A DNA stretch of 64,000 bases from Candidatus Latescibacterota bacterium (GCA_965221775.1 CBDCSU010000004.1:768001-832000), one strand, 5' to 3'; shown: positions 36,073-46,576, counted from the first letter of the stretch. Notes: a model not told the origin generated them from the letters alone. Made by a program: numbers and translations.

Positions 36073-37675
36073 CGCCGGTGCCGGCATCCTCGGAGCCGGG
36101 CTCCTCTGGGCCGCCTTGCGGGGCTGCACCCTCGACTTCGCGCCGCAGCTTGTCGAGGTCGAACTCGTCGAGGCGGTCCTGCTGCCCGTACAGCTGCTCC
36201 TCGATGTAGGGTCGGATGTTGTGCTTCCAGACCAGGTCAACCATCTCGTCATCAAGCCCGCTTCGCATGAAGTAGCTCGGGCCGACCGCCCCCTGCCGGT
36301 CCTGCAGCTTCTCGTTGGCGCGGTCGACGAGATCCGCTACCCACTCCATCCCGGGGGCCTGTTGGCTGAGCCAGCGCCTGAGCAACCCCTTGACGGGCGC
36401 CTCGTCGGGGTGGAACTCCACGAAGTGGAACCGCCGCCGCAGGGCGAGATCCACGAGCGCAATCGAACGATCGGCAGTGTTCATGGTGCCGAGGAAAAAC
36501 AGATTCCAAGGCAGAGAGAAGGGCTTGTCCGAGTATTGGAGGCGCATCTCCTCGTCGCGGTACTCCAGCAGGAAGTAGAGCTCGCCGAAGACCTTGGCGA
36601 GGTTGCCGCGGTTGATCTCGTCGATGACGAGGAAGTGCCTTGCGTCCGGCTCCCGCCGGGCTGATTCCGCCATGTCCAGGAGGGGGCCGTTCCTCAACTC
36701 GAAACCGGGACGCCCCTCCACCAAGGTCGGGCGGTACCCCTGGACGAAGTCCTCGTAGGCGTACGAAGGGTGGAACTGGACGAGCCGCACCCGCTCGGCC
36801 GATCCGGCCAAGCACGCCGCCAGCTGCCGGGCGGCGTAGGTCTTGCCCGTGCCGGGCGGTCCCTGGAAGATGACCTGACCCTTGTCGTCGAGGAGCTTTT
36901 CGATGTCCTCCAGGAAGCCGATGTCGAACAGGAGTTCCTCTGCCAGTTCTTCCAGAGACTCCGTCTGGTGGCCATCGGTGCCAGCAGCCGCAACGGCAGG
37001 CTTCCTAGGAGGGGATGCTCCCACCGGTTCTCCGTCCCACTTGTACCACCATACGACTCCCTGAGCTTCGAGACGGTCGGCGGGCCTCTCCATGCCCAAC
37101 GCCTTGGCTCTCGCTACGACCTGGTCCAGGAACCCCAACGCATGTTCGTATACGGTCCCCTCATCGGCGCCCTTTGGTGGCTGAGAGTATCCCGTCCGGC
37201 CGTAGGACCCGTTGAAGGCCGTCGCTGCGAACGGTGGGTATTGGGGACCCAGCGCCATCAATAGGACAGAGATTGCCCTCAGCCGCGTTCCGGTTCCACG
37301 GAAGTGTTGGTGCTCAGGCACTCGGGCCGAGAAGGTGCGGATACGCTTCTCGGGAGGTGTGCCATCATCGGCCCAGAGCGCCCGCAAGACTGACAGCGCT
37401 TCGTCCGGCTGGGATTCGAGCCACTCCAAGAAGAAGATCTGCTGACGGAAGTTCAGAAGGTTGTTCTTGTTGTTCTTGAGACTCTCCTCCACCAGGGAGG
37501 GCCATTCGCTGTCACCGGAAAGTACCGCCGCGCGGGCTTGGCGAAGGCTCTCCATGATCTCCAGCTTGTAGTTCATTTCCTCCGAATCGAGTCGCCCACT
37601 GTCGATATAGCCCTGTGCCTCCAGGAGGTAGTTGTCAAGGGCTTCCGAGTCCCGCTGCCGACTACGCTCCGACAT
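36059..37675 (-). CDS. mcrB: McrB family AAA+ GTPase
   Basis: GPPGTGKT, VQFHPSYAYEDFVQG, IDEINRGN, GTMNTADRS, ALRRRF; AAGGAGG RBS. Confidence 0.93.
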   Translation of the reverse strand: MSERSRQRDSEALDNYLLEAQGYIDSGRLDSEEMNYKLEIMESLRQARAAVLSGDSEWPSLVEESLKNNKNNLLNFRQQIFFLEWLESQPDEALSVLRALWADDGTPPEKRIRTFSARVPEHQHFRGTGTRLRAISVLLMALGPQYPPFAATAFNGSYGRTGYSQPPKGADEGTVYEHALGFLDQVVARAKALGMERPADRLEAQGVVWWYKWDGEPVGASPPRKPAVAAAGTDGHQTESLEELAEELLFDIGFLEDIEKLLDDKGQVIFQGPPGTGKTYAARQLAACLAGSAERVRLVQFHPSYAYEDFVQGYRPTLVEGRPGFELRNGPLLDMAESARREPDARHFLVIDEINRGNLAKVFGELYFLLEYRDEEMRLQYSDKPFSLPWNLFFLGTMNTADRSIALVDLALRRRFHFVEFHPDEAPVKGLLRRWLSQQAPGMEWVADLVDRANEKLQDRQGAVGPSYFMRSGLDDEMVDLVWKHNIRPYIEEQLYGQQDRLDEFDLDKLRREVEGAAPQGGPEEPGSEDAGTGDAPA

Positions 37676-37810
37676 GTCGCCTTCCTTCACCTCTCCTGAT
37701 GGTGCAGCCGTTGTGATGAGGACGTGGTGAGTTCACTGATTCCCTCTCTTTGCAAAGGCACGCCTTCACGACGCTGCCGTTCCCCCCGGGGTCCCATGCT
37801 GCAAGGGGGC

Positions 37811-38229
37811 TCACTTCAACACCTCCCATCGACCGCCCTTGGTCGGTCCGACATGACGGATGGCTCCAGCGGCTCTCAGCCTGGCCAAGTGGTACTTGAC
37901 CCCGTCCGGGGTAATGCCGACACGTTCGGCGACTGCACGCTGGGTGAGCCCGAGCTCCGCGCTGAGCAAGGCCAGGATTCGTCCTTGGGTAGTCTCGGCG
38001 GTTTCTTGGGTAGTCTCGGCGGTTTCTTGGGTAGTCTCAGCGGTTTCTCGGGTAGTCTCGGCGGTTTCTTGGGTAGTCTCAGCGGTTTCTTGGGGTAGTG
38101 GCCCCCCTGGAAGTTGGCGAAGGCCACCACCTCCCGCGCCAGTTGCTCCTCACGCAGGTCATCCCGCTTGAACTCCACTCCGGAGTTCTCACCGCCTGCT
38201 ATCAGTTCGAGTAGCTCCGGGGACTTCAT
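37811..38229 (-). pseudogene. AlbA_2 (Schlafen-like) ATP-binding / wHTH regulator, middle deleted and frameshifted
   Basis: MKSPELLELIAGGENSGVEFKRD..REVVAFANFQGG joined out of frame to (TTQETAE)n and GRILALL..TQRAVAERVGITPDGVKYHL..IRHVGPTKGGRWEVLK*. Confidence 0.82.
37985..38089. repeat. Five tandem 21-bp repeats
   Basis: TYGGGTAGTCTCRGCGGTTTC x5, no spacers; encodes the linker before the HTH. Confidence 0.95.
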
Positions 38230-38482
38230 CTCACTGCTCAACGGCCTGCCGCGTCGGCGTGCGGATTTCCTGTTGGCGACAGTGGTCACGTCCGGGGCTC
38301 CCGGCTCCAGGCCCGCGACTCTGGCCGCGACGGGCGAACTTGGTGAGCGCAATTGATCCCCCTTTTCCCTGGAACGGCCCGGCAAGCCTGCAGTCGACTT
38401 GGCTCCGACCTCCAGCGTGTTCCACGGCGCCCTAAGTTACAGTGCCAGTCGAGGCACCGCCCCGGTCGACTGAAGAGCCCCC

Positions 38483-38511
38483 TTGACCATGGTCACCTTC
38501 GCCGTTACCCT
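38483..38511 (+). promoter_or_regulatory. sigma70-type promoter of exporter operon
   Basis: TTGACC-17-TACCCT. Confidence 0.55.
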
Positions 38512-38550
38512 CAACTCCGTCAACCACTTACGTCGCCTGGCCAGGCGCTG

Positions 38551-39201
38551 ATGAACGGTCCCCGGCGCCGGGTGGCGTGGATCCCCGCCCTTGTCGTCTT
38601 CGCTGCCATCCCCCTCATACCCGACCCTCCGCCGCCCGTGGAGCGCGCGCCGGACCTCGACGTGGAATCCGTGCGCGCCGCCGAGTGCGAGTACCGCGGC
38701 ATCACCGCCTCCTTCGACGAGATCACCCGCGCCTACGCCCTCACCGATTTCGACAACCCCCGCCTCCAGGGCTGGCACGCCCGGCCGAACCCGGCCAGCC
38801 CCGAGACCGAGGCCCTGGTGACGGCGAGCTTCCTCGTCGCCGGGAACCGGCCGCCGGCCCCGGGCCGCGGCACCGACCAGACCCTCGAGGTCACCTGGAG
38901 GCTGAACTCCCTGGCGGCGGTCCCGGTGAACCCCTTTGGCGGCCACGCCCGCGGCGCCCTCGACAGCTTCCGCCGCACCGTGGACGGCCTTCTCGGGCGC
39001 ATGGTCTACCTCGCCGGGCCGGCAGGCCTGCGCGCCTCCCCCGGCGCCGCCGACAGCACCCGGCTCGAGGCCGCCACCGTGCTCCTGCTGGAGGAGAGCC
39101 CCGACAGCCCGGGCGGCTGGACCCGGGTGCGGGTGCCCGCCGACACCACCGCCGGGTGGGTCCGCTCCGACCTCCTGCGCCCGGTCGACGGGAACGACTG
39201 A
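38551..39201 (+). CDS. Membrane-anchored hypothetical protein with C-terminal SH3-like domain
   Basis: N-terminal TM; LRASPG...GWTRVR...GWVRSDLL; TGATG coupling to ABC ATPase. Confidence 0.7.
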   Translation: MNGPRRRVAWIPALVVFAAIPLIPDPPPPVERAPDLDVESVRAAECEYRGITASFDEITRAYALTDFDNPRLQGWHARPNPASPETEALVTASFLVAGNRPPAPGRGTDQTLEVTWRLNSLAAVPVNPFGGHARGALDSFRRTVDGLLGRMVYLAGPAGLRASPGAADSTRLEAATVLLLEESPDSPGGWTRVRVPADTTAGWVRSDLLRPVDGND

Positions 39202-39932
39202 TGGCCCCCCCGGCGTCCCTCATCGAGATGGAGGGCATCACCCGGACCTACGACATGGGCGGCACCGAGGTGCACGCCCTGCGCGGCGTCGACCTGGAGA
39301 TCGGCGCCGGCGAGTACGTCGCCGTCATGGGGCCCTCGGGCTCGGGCAAGTCGACGCTGATGAACATTATCGGCTGTCTCGACGTGCCCACCGCCGGCGA
39401 CTACCGCCTCAACGGCCAGCTGGCCAGCGAGATGGACGACGACGAGCTGGCCCGCATCCGCAACGAGGAGATCGGCTTCGTCTTCCAGACCTTCAACCTC
39501 CTGCCCCGCTCCGACGCCCTGCGCAACGTCGAGCTGCCCCTGGTCTACGCCGGGGTCACCGGCGCCGGACGCCGCGAGCGCGCCGAGCGGGCCCTGGAGG
39601 CGGTGGGCCTCGACGACCGCATGGGCCACCGGCCCAACGAGCTGTCCGGCGGCCAGCGCCAGCGCGTGGCCATCGCCCGGGCCCTGGCCAACGAGCCCTC
39701 CATCCTGCTGGCCGACGAGCCCACGGGCGCCCTCGACTCGCGCACCGGGATCGAGATCATGGAGCTCTTCGGGCGCCTGCAGGACGCCGGCAACACGATC
39801 ATCCTCGTCACCCACGAGGAGCACATCGCCGCCTGCGCCCGCCGCGTCGTGCGCTTCCTCGACGGCCGGGTGGAGAGCGACGGCGCCGGGGCCGGCGCCC
39901 CGCCCGCGGCCCTGCCGGCGGCCGGAGGCTGA
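39201..39932 (+). CDS. ABC transporter ATP-binding protein (MacB/LolD type)
   Basis: [49 protein letters not shown]. Confidence 0.95.
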   Translation: MAPPASLIEMEGITRTYDMGGTEVHALRGVDLEIGAGEYVAVMGPSGSGKSTLMNIIGCLDVPTAGDYRLNGQLASEMDDDELARIRNEEIGFVFQTFNLLPRSDALRNVELPLVYAGVTGAGRRERAERALEAVGLDDRMGHRPNELSGGQRQRVAIARALANEPSILLADEPTGALDSRTGIEIMELFGRLQDAGNTIILVTHEEHIAACARRVVRFLDGRVESDGAGAGAPPAALPAAGG

Positions 39933-39935
39933 GGC

Positions 39936-41168
39936 ATGGGACCTGGGGCGAGACGGTTGATCGGCGCCGGGTGCGCCACCGTGGGCGCCGCCGGGGCGGC
40001 CCTCGCCGTGAACGCCTACCTCGACGGCCCCGAGGCCAGCGCCGTGCCGACGGCCGCCGTCACCCGCGGCGAGTTCCGCCGCACCCACGTGGAGGACGGC
40101 CAGTTGCGCGCCGCCAAGGACGAGAAGGTGGTCTCGCCGCGGGTGCGCGGCGACCTCAAGATCGTGCACCTGTGGCCGGAGGGGGAGCAGGTCGAGCCGG
40201 GAGACCTGATCCTCCAGTTCGACCGCGCCTGGCACGCCCAGGAGGTGAAGGACAAGATCAGCCGACTGGAGCAGGCGAAGGCCGACCTGTCCAAGTTCGA
40301 GGCCGAGCAGAAGCGGCAGCGCGCCGAGCTGGGCATGCAGGTGGAGCAGAAGACGGCGGCCCTGGAGCTGTCCCGGATCAACCTGCAGAAGTCGGAGTAC
40401 GGCTCGGCCATCGAGCGCGAGGAGGCCCGCATCGGCGTCGGGCAGGCCGAGCGCGCCCTGGAGGAAGCGCGCGCCAACCTCGAGGCCCAGGAGATCGTCG
40501 AGCGCGTCGAGCGCTCCCACATGGAGGTCCGCATCGCCCACCGCCAGAAGGTGTACGACGGCGCCCTGTCCGACTACGAGCGCCTCAGCGTGCGCGCCAC
40601 GCGGCCGGGCCTCGTCGTCCACGAGGTGATCCGCAAGCGCGGCGCCGGCCGGCGGTCCAAGGTGAAGGAGGGCGACATGGTCTGGGGCGGCATGAGCCTG
40701 CTGGCCCTGCCGGAGCTCGACTCGATGCAGGTCGTGTCCCAGGTGGGCGAGATGGACGTGCACTCGGTGGGCCCGGGACTCCCGGCCCTGATCCGCCTGG
40801 AGGCCCTGCCGGGACCGGTCTTCCACGGCGTCGTCCGCGAGGTGGCCCCCATGGCCGCCGAGAAGGAGGGCGCCCCCAACGTGCAGGTCTTCGAGATGGT
40901 CGTCGACATCACCGAGCAGGACGAGCGGCTCCTCCCGGGCATGTCGGCCTCGGTGGAGGTCGTCCTCCAGACCCGGCCCGGCGTCCTCACCCTTCCCCTC
41001 GGCGCCGTCCACGCCCGGGAGGAGCGCACCATCGCCTGGCGCCGCGGATCTTCCGGCTTCGAGCCCGTCGACGTGTCGGTGGGTGAGGCCAACGGCCTGA
41101 GAGTCGTCATTGTGGAGGGCCTGGAGGAAGGCGACGTCGTCGCCCTTCGCGATCCGGGCTTGATGTAG
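39936..41168 (+). CDS. Efflux periplasmic adaptor (MacA/HlyD) 1
   Basis: TM anchor, EG..V..GD, coiled coil, LLPGMSA, GLEEGD. Confidence 0.88.
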   Translation: MGPGARRLIGAGCATVGAAGAALAVNAYLDGPEASAVPTAAVTRGEFRRTHVEDGQLRAAKDEKVVSPRVRGDLKIVHLWPEGEQVEPGDLILQFDRAWHAQEVKDKISRLEQAKADLSKFEAEQKRQRAELGMQVEQKTAALELSRINLQKSEYGSAIEREEARIGVGQAERALEEARANLEAQEIVERVERSHMEVRIAHRQKVYDGALSDYERLSVRATRPGLVVHEVIRKRGAGRRSKVKEGDMVWGGMSLLALPELDSMQVVSQVGEMDVHSVGPGLPALIRLEALPGPVFHGVVREVAPMAAEKEGAPNVQVFEMVVDITEQDERLLPGMSASVEVVLQTRPGVLTLPLGAVHAREERTIAWRRGSSGFEPVDVSVGEANGLRVVIVEGLEEGDVVALRDPGLM

Positions 41169-41179
41169 GAGATACCGCC

Positions 41180-42544
41180 ATGGCCGAGAACACCCGCTCC
41201 ACCGGTACCCGGACCCTGCTGCTGGCGGGCGGAATCCTGCTCCTGGTGGCCGCCGCCGTGGCCGCCTCCCGCCTGCTGCTGAAGGAGCAGAGCGCCGCCG
41301 TGGCCTCCTTCCCCGTCAAGCAGGGCGAGTTCGTCATCTCCCTGCACCTGAAGGACGGCGAGCTGGAGGCGGTCAAGTCCGAGCAGATCACCTCGCCCCA
41401 GGTGCACGGCCAGCTCAAGATCACCCACCTCTTCCCCGAGGGCGAGGTGGTGGAAGTGGGGGACCTGGTCCTCGAGTTCGACCGCGTCGAGTTCGAGAAG
41501 AAGGTCACCGAGAAGGAGCACGAGCTGCAGGCGACGAAGGCCGAGCTGGGCAAGACCTTGGCCAACCAGGGGGTGGAGATGGCCCGCCAGGAGGCCGACA
41601 TCGAGAACAAGGAAGCCTCCCTGCGCCTGGCCGAGCTGCAGATGGAGAAGATGAAGTTCGAGTCCTTCGTCGACCGCGAGGAGGCCAAGCTCAAGAGCCG
41701 CCAGGCGGAGCTGGCCCTGGAGCAGGCGCGCAAGAAAATCGAGGCCCAGCGCATCGTCGACGAGGCGGAGCGCACCAAGCAGGAGCTGCGCGTGGCCGAC
41801 GAGGAGCGCGGCCTGGAACGGGCTCGCAAGGACCTGGAGGCGCTCTCCATCCACGCCGAGAAGCCCGGCCTCGTGGTCTACCAGAGGATCTGGAAGGGTG
41901 GCCGCCGCGAGAAGATCCGCGTCGGCGACGAGCCCTGGGGCGGGCAGACCCTGATCACCCTCCCCGACCTGACGCGCATGCAGGTCAAGACCTGGGTCAA
42001 CGAGGTCGACGTGGACAAGCTCGAGGTCGACAACGAGGTCCTCGTCCGTCTCGACGCTTTGCCGGGGCCGGTCTTCCACGGCAAGATCTCCAACATCGCC
42101 TCCCTCGGCCACGAGAAGGAGGGCGACAAGAACGTGCAGGTCTTCGACATCCTCGTGGAGATCGACGAGGAGGACGCCCGCCTCAAGCCGGGCATGACCG
42201 CCGCCTGCGAGGTCATCGTCGAGACCATCCCCCCGCGCCCCACGCCGGACGACGCCGAGATCGAGGAGACCGAAGAGACCGACGCCGCCGACATTCCCCT
42301 CTACATCCCCATCGACGCTGTCTTCGAGAAGGGCGGCCGCACCCTCGTCTACCGCATGCAGGGCGGCCAGCCCGTGGAGCAGGAGGTCGCCCTCGGAGCT
42401 CGCAACGAGAACTACGTGATCGTCGAGGAGGGACTCGGCTCCAACGACCAGGTGGCGCTGCGCGACCCGACGGTGGTGCTGGAGAAGCTTGGCGGCGTCG
42501 AGGAGGCGGAGGAGCCGGCGCCGGCCGGCGCCTCCCTGGAGTAG
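41180..42544 (+). CDS. Efflux periplasmic adaptor (MacA/HlyD) 2
   Basis: Paralog of previous gene; EGEVVEVGD, VNEVDV, LKPGMTA. Confidence 0.88.
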   Translation: MAENTRSTGTRTLLLAGGILLLVAAAVAASRLLLKEQSAAVASFPVKQGEFVISLHLKDGELEAVKSEQITSPQVHGQLKITHLFPEGEVVEVGDLVLEFDRVEFEKKVTEKEHELQATKAELGKTLANQGVEMARQEADIENKEASLRLAELQMEKMKFESFVDREEAKLKSRQAELALEQARKKIEAQRIVDEAERTKQELRVADEERGLERARKDLEALSIHAEKPGLVVYQRIWKGGRREKIRVGDEPWGGQTLITLPDLTRMQVKTWVNEVDVDKLEVDNEVLVRLDALPGPVFHGKISNIASLGHEKEGDKNVQVFDILVEIDEEDARLKPGMTAACEVIVETIPPRPTPDDAEIEETEETDAADIPLYIPIDAVFEKGGRTLVYRMQGGQPVEQEVALGARNENYVIVEEGLGSNDQVALRDPTVVLEKLGGVEEAEEPAPAGASLE

Positions 42545-42549
42545 CGGGA

Positions 42550-43800
42550 GTGGACCTGCGCGAGACCTTCGACCTGTCGGTGGCGGGTCTGACGTCCCAC
42601 AAGCTGCGCACCATTCTCACGATGCTCGGCATCATCTTCGGTGTCGGCGCCGTCATCGCCATGCTCTCCATCGGCGAGGGGGCCAAGCAGGAGGCCCTGC
42701 AGCAGATCAGCCAGATGGGCATCCACAACATCATCGTGCAGCACTGGAACCCCGAGGAGGAGGAGGGCCTCGGGGACGAGGACGCCGGCAGCAGCAACCT
42801 GTCGGAGGGGCTGACGCGGGCCGACGCCCGGGCGGTGCGCGAGATCTGCCCCCTGGCCCGGACGGTGACCCCCCAGCGCGAGCTGAAGGTCAAGGCCCGC
42901 TACCGCAGCAACACCTTCCAGACCATGCTCGTGGGCACCACCCCCGAGTACATCCAGGTCCTCGACGCGTCTCTGAAGGAGGGGGTCTTCCTCTCGGAGG
43001 AGGACCTGCTGCAGGCGCGCCGCGTCTGCGTCCTCGGCAGCGACGCCAAGCGCAGCCTGTTCTACTTCGAGGAGGCCCTGGGTCAGCAGATCAAGGTCCA
43101 GGACCAGTGGTACACCGTGATCGGCGTCCTGCGCGACAAGGGGGCGGCGGGCGGCAAGATCGGCGGCGTCCTCGAGGTGCGGAACACCGACGAGGACATC
43201 TACGTCCCGCTGAACACGCTCCTCAAGCGGTTCAAGTGGGCGCCCACCGACCCCGAGCTGACGCAGGTCACGGTGAAGGTGAGCGACCCCGGCCGTCTGC
43301 AGGAGGCGGCCAACATCGTGCGCGCCATCCTGCACCGGCGCCACCGCGGCGTCGACGACTTCAAGATCGCCATCCCCGAGGAGCTGATGCGCCAGAGCCA
43401 GCGCACCCAGGCGATCTTCAACATCGTCATGGGCTGCATCGCCGGCATCTCCCTCGTCGTCGGCGGCATCGGCATCATGAACATCATGCTCGCCTCCGTC
43501 CTCGAGCGCACCCGGGAGATCGGCATCCGCCGCGCCCTGGGCGCGCGCCGGCGCGACGTCCTGGCCCAGTTCCTGGTCGAGGCGGTGATGGTGAGCCTCA
43601 TCGGCGGCCTCATCGGCGTGCTCCTCGGCTACTTCATGACCGAGGTCATCACCCTCTACGCCGGATGGAAGACGATCGTCGAGACGTGGACGATCGCCCT
43701 CGCCTTCGGGGTCGCCGCCGGCGTCGGCATCGGCTTCGGCTACTACCCCGCCCGCCAGGCGGCCCTGCTCAACCCCATCGACGCCCTGCGCTACGAGTAG
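42550..43800 (+). CDS. ABC transporter permease (MacB/FtsX)
   Basis: KLRTILTMLGIIFGV, VGGIGIMNIMLASVLERTREIGIRRALGA, PARQAA..PIDALRYE. Confidence 0.95.
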   Translation: MDLRETFDLSVAGLTSHKLRTILTMLGIIFGVGAVIAMLSIGEGAKQEALQQISQMGIHNIIVQHWNPEEEEGLGDEDAGSSNLSEGLTRADARAVREICPLARTVTPQRELKVKARYRSNTFQTMLVGTTPEYIQVLDASLKEGVFLSEEDLLQARRVCVLGSDAKRSLFYFEEALGQQIKVQDQWYTVIGVLRDKGAAGGKIGGVLEVRNTDEDIYVPLNTLLKRFKWAPTDPELTQVTVKVSDPGRLQEAANIVRAILHRRHRGVDDFKIAIPEELMRQSQRTQAIFNIVMGCIAGISLVVGGIGIMNIMLASVLERTREIGIRRALGARRRDVLAQFLVEAVMVSLIGGLIGVLLGYFMTEVITLYAGWKTIVETWTIALAFGVAAGVGIGFGYYPARQAALLNPIDALRYE

Positions 43801-43808
43801 AAGTCCTC

Positions 43809-44609
43809 TCAGACCAGCCGCACCAGCTCGATCCCCGACTCGCCCCGGCGGGCCCGCTCGTGGGGGTAGGCCAGGGGCCGCTGCACGTAGCGCACGCCGT
43901 CGATGACGGCGTCCCAGGCGATGTGGGTGTGGCCGAACAGATGCAGCCGCGACCCCGCGGCGCGCAGCTGGCGGTCCAGCCGCAGGGTGCCGGAGACCCG
44001 CGGCAGCTCCTTGAACCGCAGCCCCTCCAGCGGCGGGATCAGCTCCGGCCGCGGCACGAAGTGGGAGAAGCTCAGCACCCGGCGGCCCGGCGGGGTCCTC
44101 AGGGCCGGGCGGTTGAGCCCCTCGAAGTAGGCGCAGCGGTCGGCGTCGCTCGACTGCTCCGGCGGCCAGCGGCAGCGGTTGGGGTCCGACCAGTGGCGCG
44201 ACACGGCCACCTCCGGGGCGCCGGCGGCGCCGAAGCCCGGCTCGTACCAGCCGTGGAGGGGCAGGACCCACCACTCGGACCCCGCGGCGCCCGGTTCCAT
44301 CTCGATGCCGAGGCGCGCGGCCAGGCGCCGCAGGGCCTCCAGCCGGTCCAGGGAGGTCTGCGCCCCCGGCCCGCCCGCGTCCGCTCTCGGGTCCTCCACC
44401 CACAGGTCGTGGTTGCCGGGCACGAGGAAGACCTGCTCGAAGCGGTCCGCCAGCAGGCCGAGGGCCTCCTCGGCGCGGTCCATCCGGTGGCAGATATCGC
44501 CGGCCACCAGCAGGGTGTCGCCGCGGTGGGGCCCCACGGGCAGGGAGGCCACCTGCTCGAGGTTGGGGGCGAAGTCGACGTGCAGGTCGGAGATTCCGTA
44601 GATACGCAC
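43809..44609 (-). CDS. Calcineurin-like metallophosphoesterase
   Basis: ISDLH, VAGD, PGNHDLW, FSHF, FGHTH. Confidence 0.9.
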   Translation of the reverse strand: MRIYGISDLHVDFAPNLEQVASLPVGPHRGDTLLVAGDICHRMDRAEEALGLLADRFEQVFLVPGNHDLWVEDPRADAGGPGAQTSLDRLEALRRLAARLGIEMEPGAAGSEWWVLPLHGWYEPGFGAAGAPEVAVSRHWSDPNRCRWPPEQSSDADRCAYFEGLNRPALRTPPGRRVLSFSHFVPRPELIPPLEGLRFKELPRVSGTLRLDRQLRAAGSRLHLFGHTHIAWDAVIDGVRYVQRPLAYPHERARRGESGIELVRLV

Positions 44610-44709
44610 GCGGCGAAGGGTACCCGGCGCCGGTGGACAGAGGCAAGGGCCCCGCTTTCCTTCGAGCCCGCACTCCCCCACGAGAACCCCCTTCCAAGGA
44701 GAATCCCCC

Positions 44710-45822
44710 ATGGCGTACCGCGCCGCCGTCATCGGCCTCGGCCGCATGGGCAGCACCTTCGACGACGAGATCGAGTGGGGCGGCTCGATCTTCCTGCCCT
44801 ACTGCCACGGCCCCAGCTACCACGCCCACCCCGGGGTCGAGCTGGTGGCCGGCGCCGACCCCCACGACGAGCAGCGGGCCATCTTCGGCGAGCGCTGGGG
44901 CCTGGAGTCCGGCCATCTCTACGCCGACTACCGCGAGATGCTCGCCGAGGAGCGGCTCGACCTGGTGAGCGTCTGCACCACGGCGCGGGTCCGCCGCCGC
45001 ATCGTCGTCGACTGCGCCGAGGCCGGGGTGCGGGCGATCTGGGCCGAGAAGCCCCTGGCCCTGACCCTGGCCGAGGCCGACGACATGGTCGACGCCTGCC
45101 GCCGCCGCGGCGCCGCCCTGGCCGTCAACTGCGCCCGCCGCTGGAACCCGTTCTACGCCGAGACCCGGCAGCGCATCGGCAGCGGCGACCTGGGCCGGGT
45201 CCTGCAGGTCACGGCGTACGCCCAGTGCGGCCTCTCCCACAACGGCTCCCACGCCATCGACATCATCCGCTACCTCGCCGGCGGCGACGTGAGCTGGGTC
45301 TTCGGCGAGATGGAGTCCGACGAGGCCGCCGCCGGCGAGACCGACCTGCAGGGCAACGCCTACCTCGCCTTCGACAACGGCGTCCGCGCCTACCTGCGGT
45401 CGACCGACGGCGGTCTCGCCTCGTGGGAGGTCGACGTCATCGGCACCGGGGGCCGGGTGCGCTCCGGCGCCAACGCTCTGGACTGGGAGATGTGGCGCCC
45501 CGTGGAGGGAGGCCCCCGCAACCGCGGCCTGGCGGCGCGGGTCCCCTTCCCGTGGCCGGCGCGCATGCAGGGCATGGGCCTGACCATCGTCGACGACCTG
45601 ATCGGCTGCATCGAGTCCGGCGGCGACCCGCGCTGCTCCGGCGACGACGGGCGCGCGGCCCTGGAGGTGGCGGTGGCCCTGCGCGAGTCCCACCGGCGGG
45701 GGTGCGTGAAGGTCGAGCTGCCCCTGGCCGACCGCGGCCTGGGGATCCTGTCGTCGGAGATCCGCGAGGACGACGTGCCGGCGCGGGTGCGCCGGGAGAG
45801 GGCCGCGGCTCAGTCCCGCTGA
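44710..45822 (+). CDS. Gfo/Idh/MocA family oxidoreductase
   Basis: IGLGRMG, DLVSVCT, AEKP, HNGSHAID; AAGGAG RBS. Confidence 0.9.
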   Translation: MAYRAAVIGLGRMGSTFDDEIEWGGSIFLPYCHGPSYHAHPGVELVAGADPHDEQRAIFGERWGLESGHLYADYREMLAEERLDLVSVCTTARVRRRIVVDCAEAGVRAIWAEKPLALTLAEADDMVDACRRRGAALAVNCARRWNPFYAETRQRIGSGDLGRVLQVTAYAQCGLSHNGSHAIDIIRYLAGGDVSWVFGEMESDEAAAGETDLQGNAYLAFDNGVRAYLRSTDGGLASWEVDVIGTGGRVRSGANALDWEMWRPVEGGPRNRGLAARVPFPWPARMQGMGLTIVDDLIGCIESGGDPRCSGDDGRAALEVAVALRESHRRGCVKVELPLADRGLGILSSEIREDDVPARVRRERAAAQSR

Positions 45823-46568
45823 GGCAGCAGCCGCCGGGCGTTGCCGCCGAGGATCGCCTCCGCCTCGGGCGCCTCCAGGTCCAGCACCACGCGGGCGAGC
45901 CCGGCGAGGGGCACGAAGAACGGGGCGTGGGTGCCGAACAGCAGCCGCGGCGCCAAGCCCGCCTCGACCATGCGCAGGAGGCTGTCCATGCCGTCGGCCT
46001 GGGAGATGTCGGCGTGGAGCCGCTCCAGGGAGAGGATCTGCGGCCCGAGGTCGAGGACCGCCTTCCAGGTGGCGCCGCCGATGACCACCGGCACCCGGGG
46101 GTTCCGCCGCGCCAGGGCCGCCACCGCCGCGGGGTCCACGTCGGGGACCACCGCCCCGGGGTGCTGCCGCCGGGGGTCCTCCAGCCGCGTCTGCACGAAG
46201 AGGACGAGACCCGCCTCGCCCACGGCGGCGGCGCACTCGTCCACGTCCTTCAGATCGTATCCGCCGTAGGCCGGCAGCCAGCGCACGGCGGGGGCTCCCC
46301 TGTCCACGGCCAGGGCCAGCTCCTCCCGCCAGGTGGCCAGACCCGGGTCGAGGACGGGGACGGGCCGCACCGCGGGAAAGCGCTCCGCCGCCGCGTACAC
46401 GTCGGCGTTGGCCAGGTGCGGGTTGTGGGCGAAGGCGGCGTCCAGGGGCGACAGGAGCACCCGCCCGACGCCCACCTCCTCCAGGGAGGCCACCACCCGG
46501 TCCGCCGAGCCGGGCAGCCGCAGCGACGCCCAGTGGCCGGTCCAGGCGCAGACGTCGACGATCTCCAC
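45810..46568 (-). CDS. Amidohydrolase_2-like protein (degenerate metal motif)
   Basis: VDVCAWTGHW, EDPRRQHP, RLLFGTHAPF, ILGGNARRLL. Confidence 0.75.
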   Translation of the reverse strand: MEIVDVCAWTGHWASLRLPGSADRVVASLEEVGVGRVLLSPLDAAFAHNPHLANADVYAAAERFPAVRPVPVLDPGLATWREELALAVDRGAPAVRWLPAYGGYDLKDVDECAAAVGEAGLVLFVQTRLEDPRRQHPGAVVPDVDPAAVAALARRNPRVPVVIGGATWKAVLDLGPQILSLERLHADISQADGMDSLLRMVEAGLAPRLLFGTHAPFFVPLAGLARVVLDLEAPEAEAILGGNARRLLPQRD

Positions 46569-46576
46569 GGTTCCCC

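Noticed and set aside
37985-38089. 21-bp repeats as a CRISPR array
   Set aside because: Units are contiguous with no spacers, encode a protein linker, and no cas genes are present.
34265-38472. CGGTCGACTG on both sides of the McrBC island as att or target duplication
   Set aside because: Only 10 bp, built on the frequent GTCGAC word; no integrase; chance match likely.
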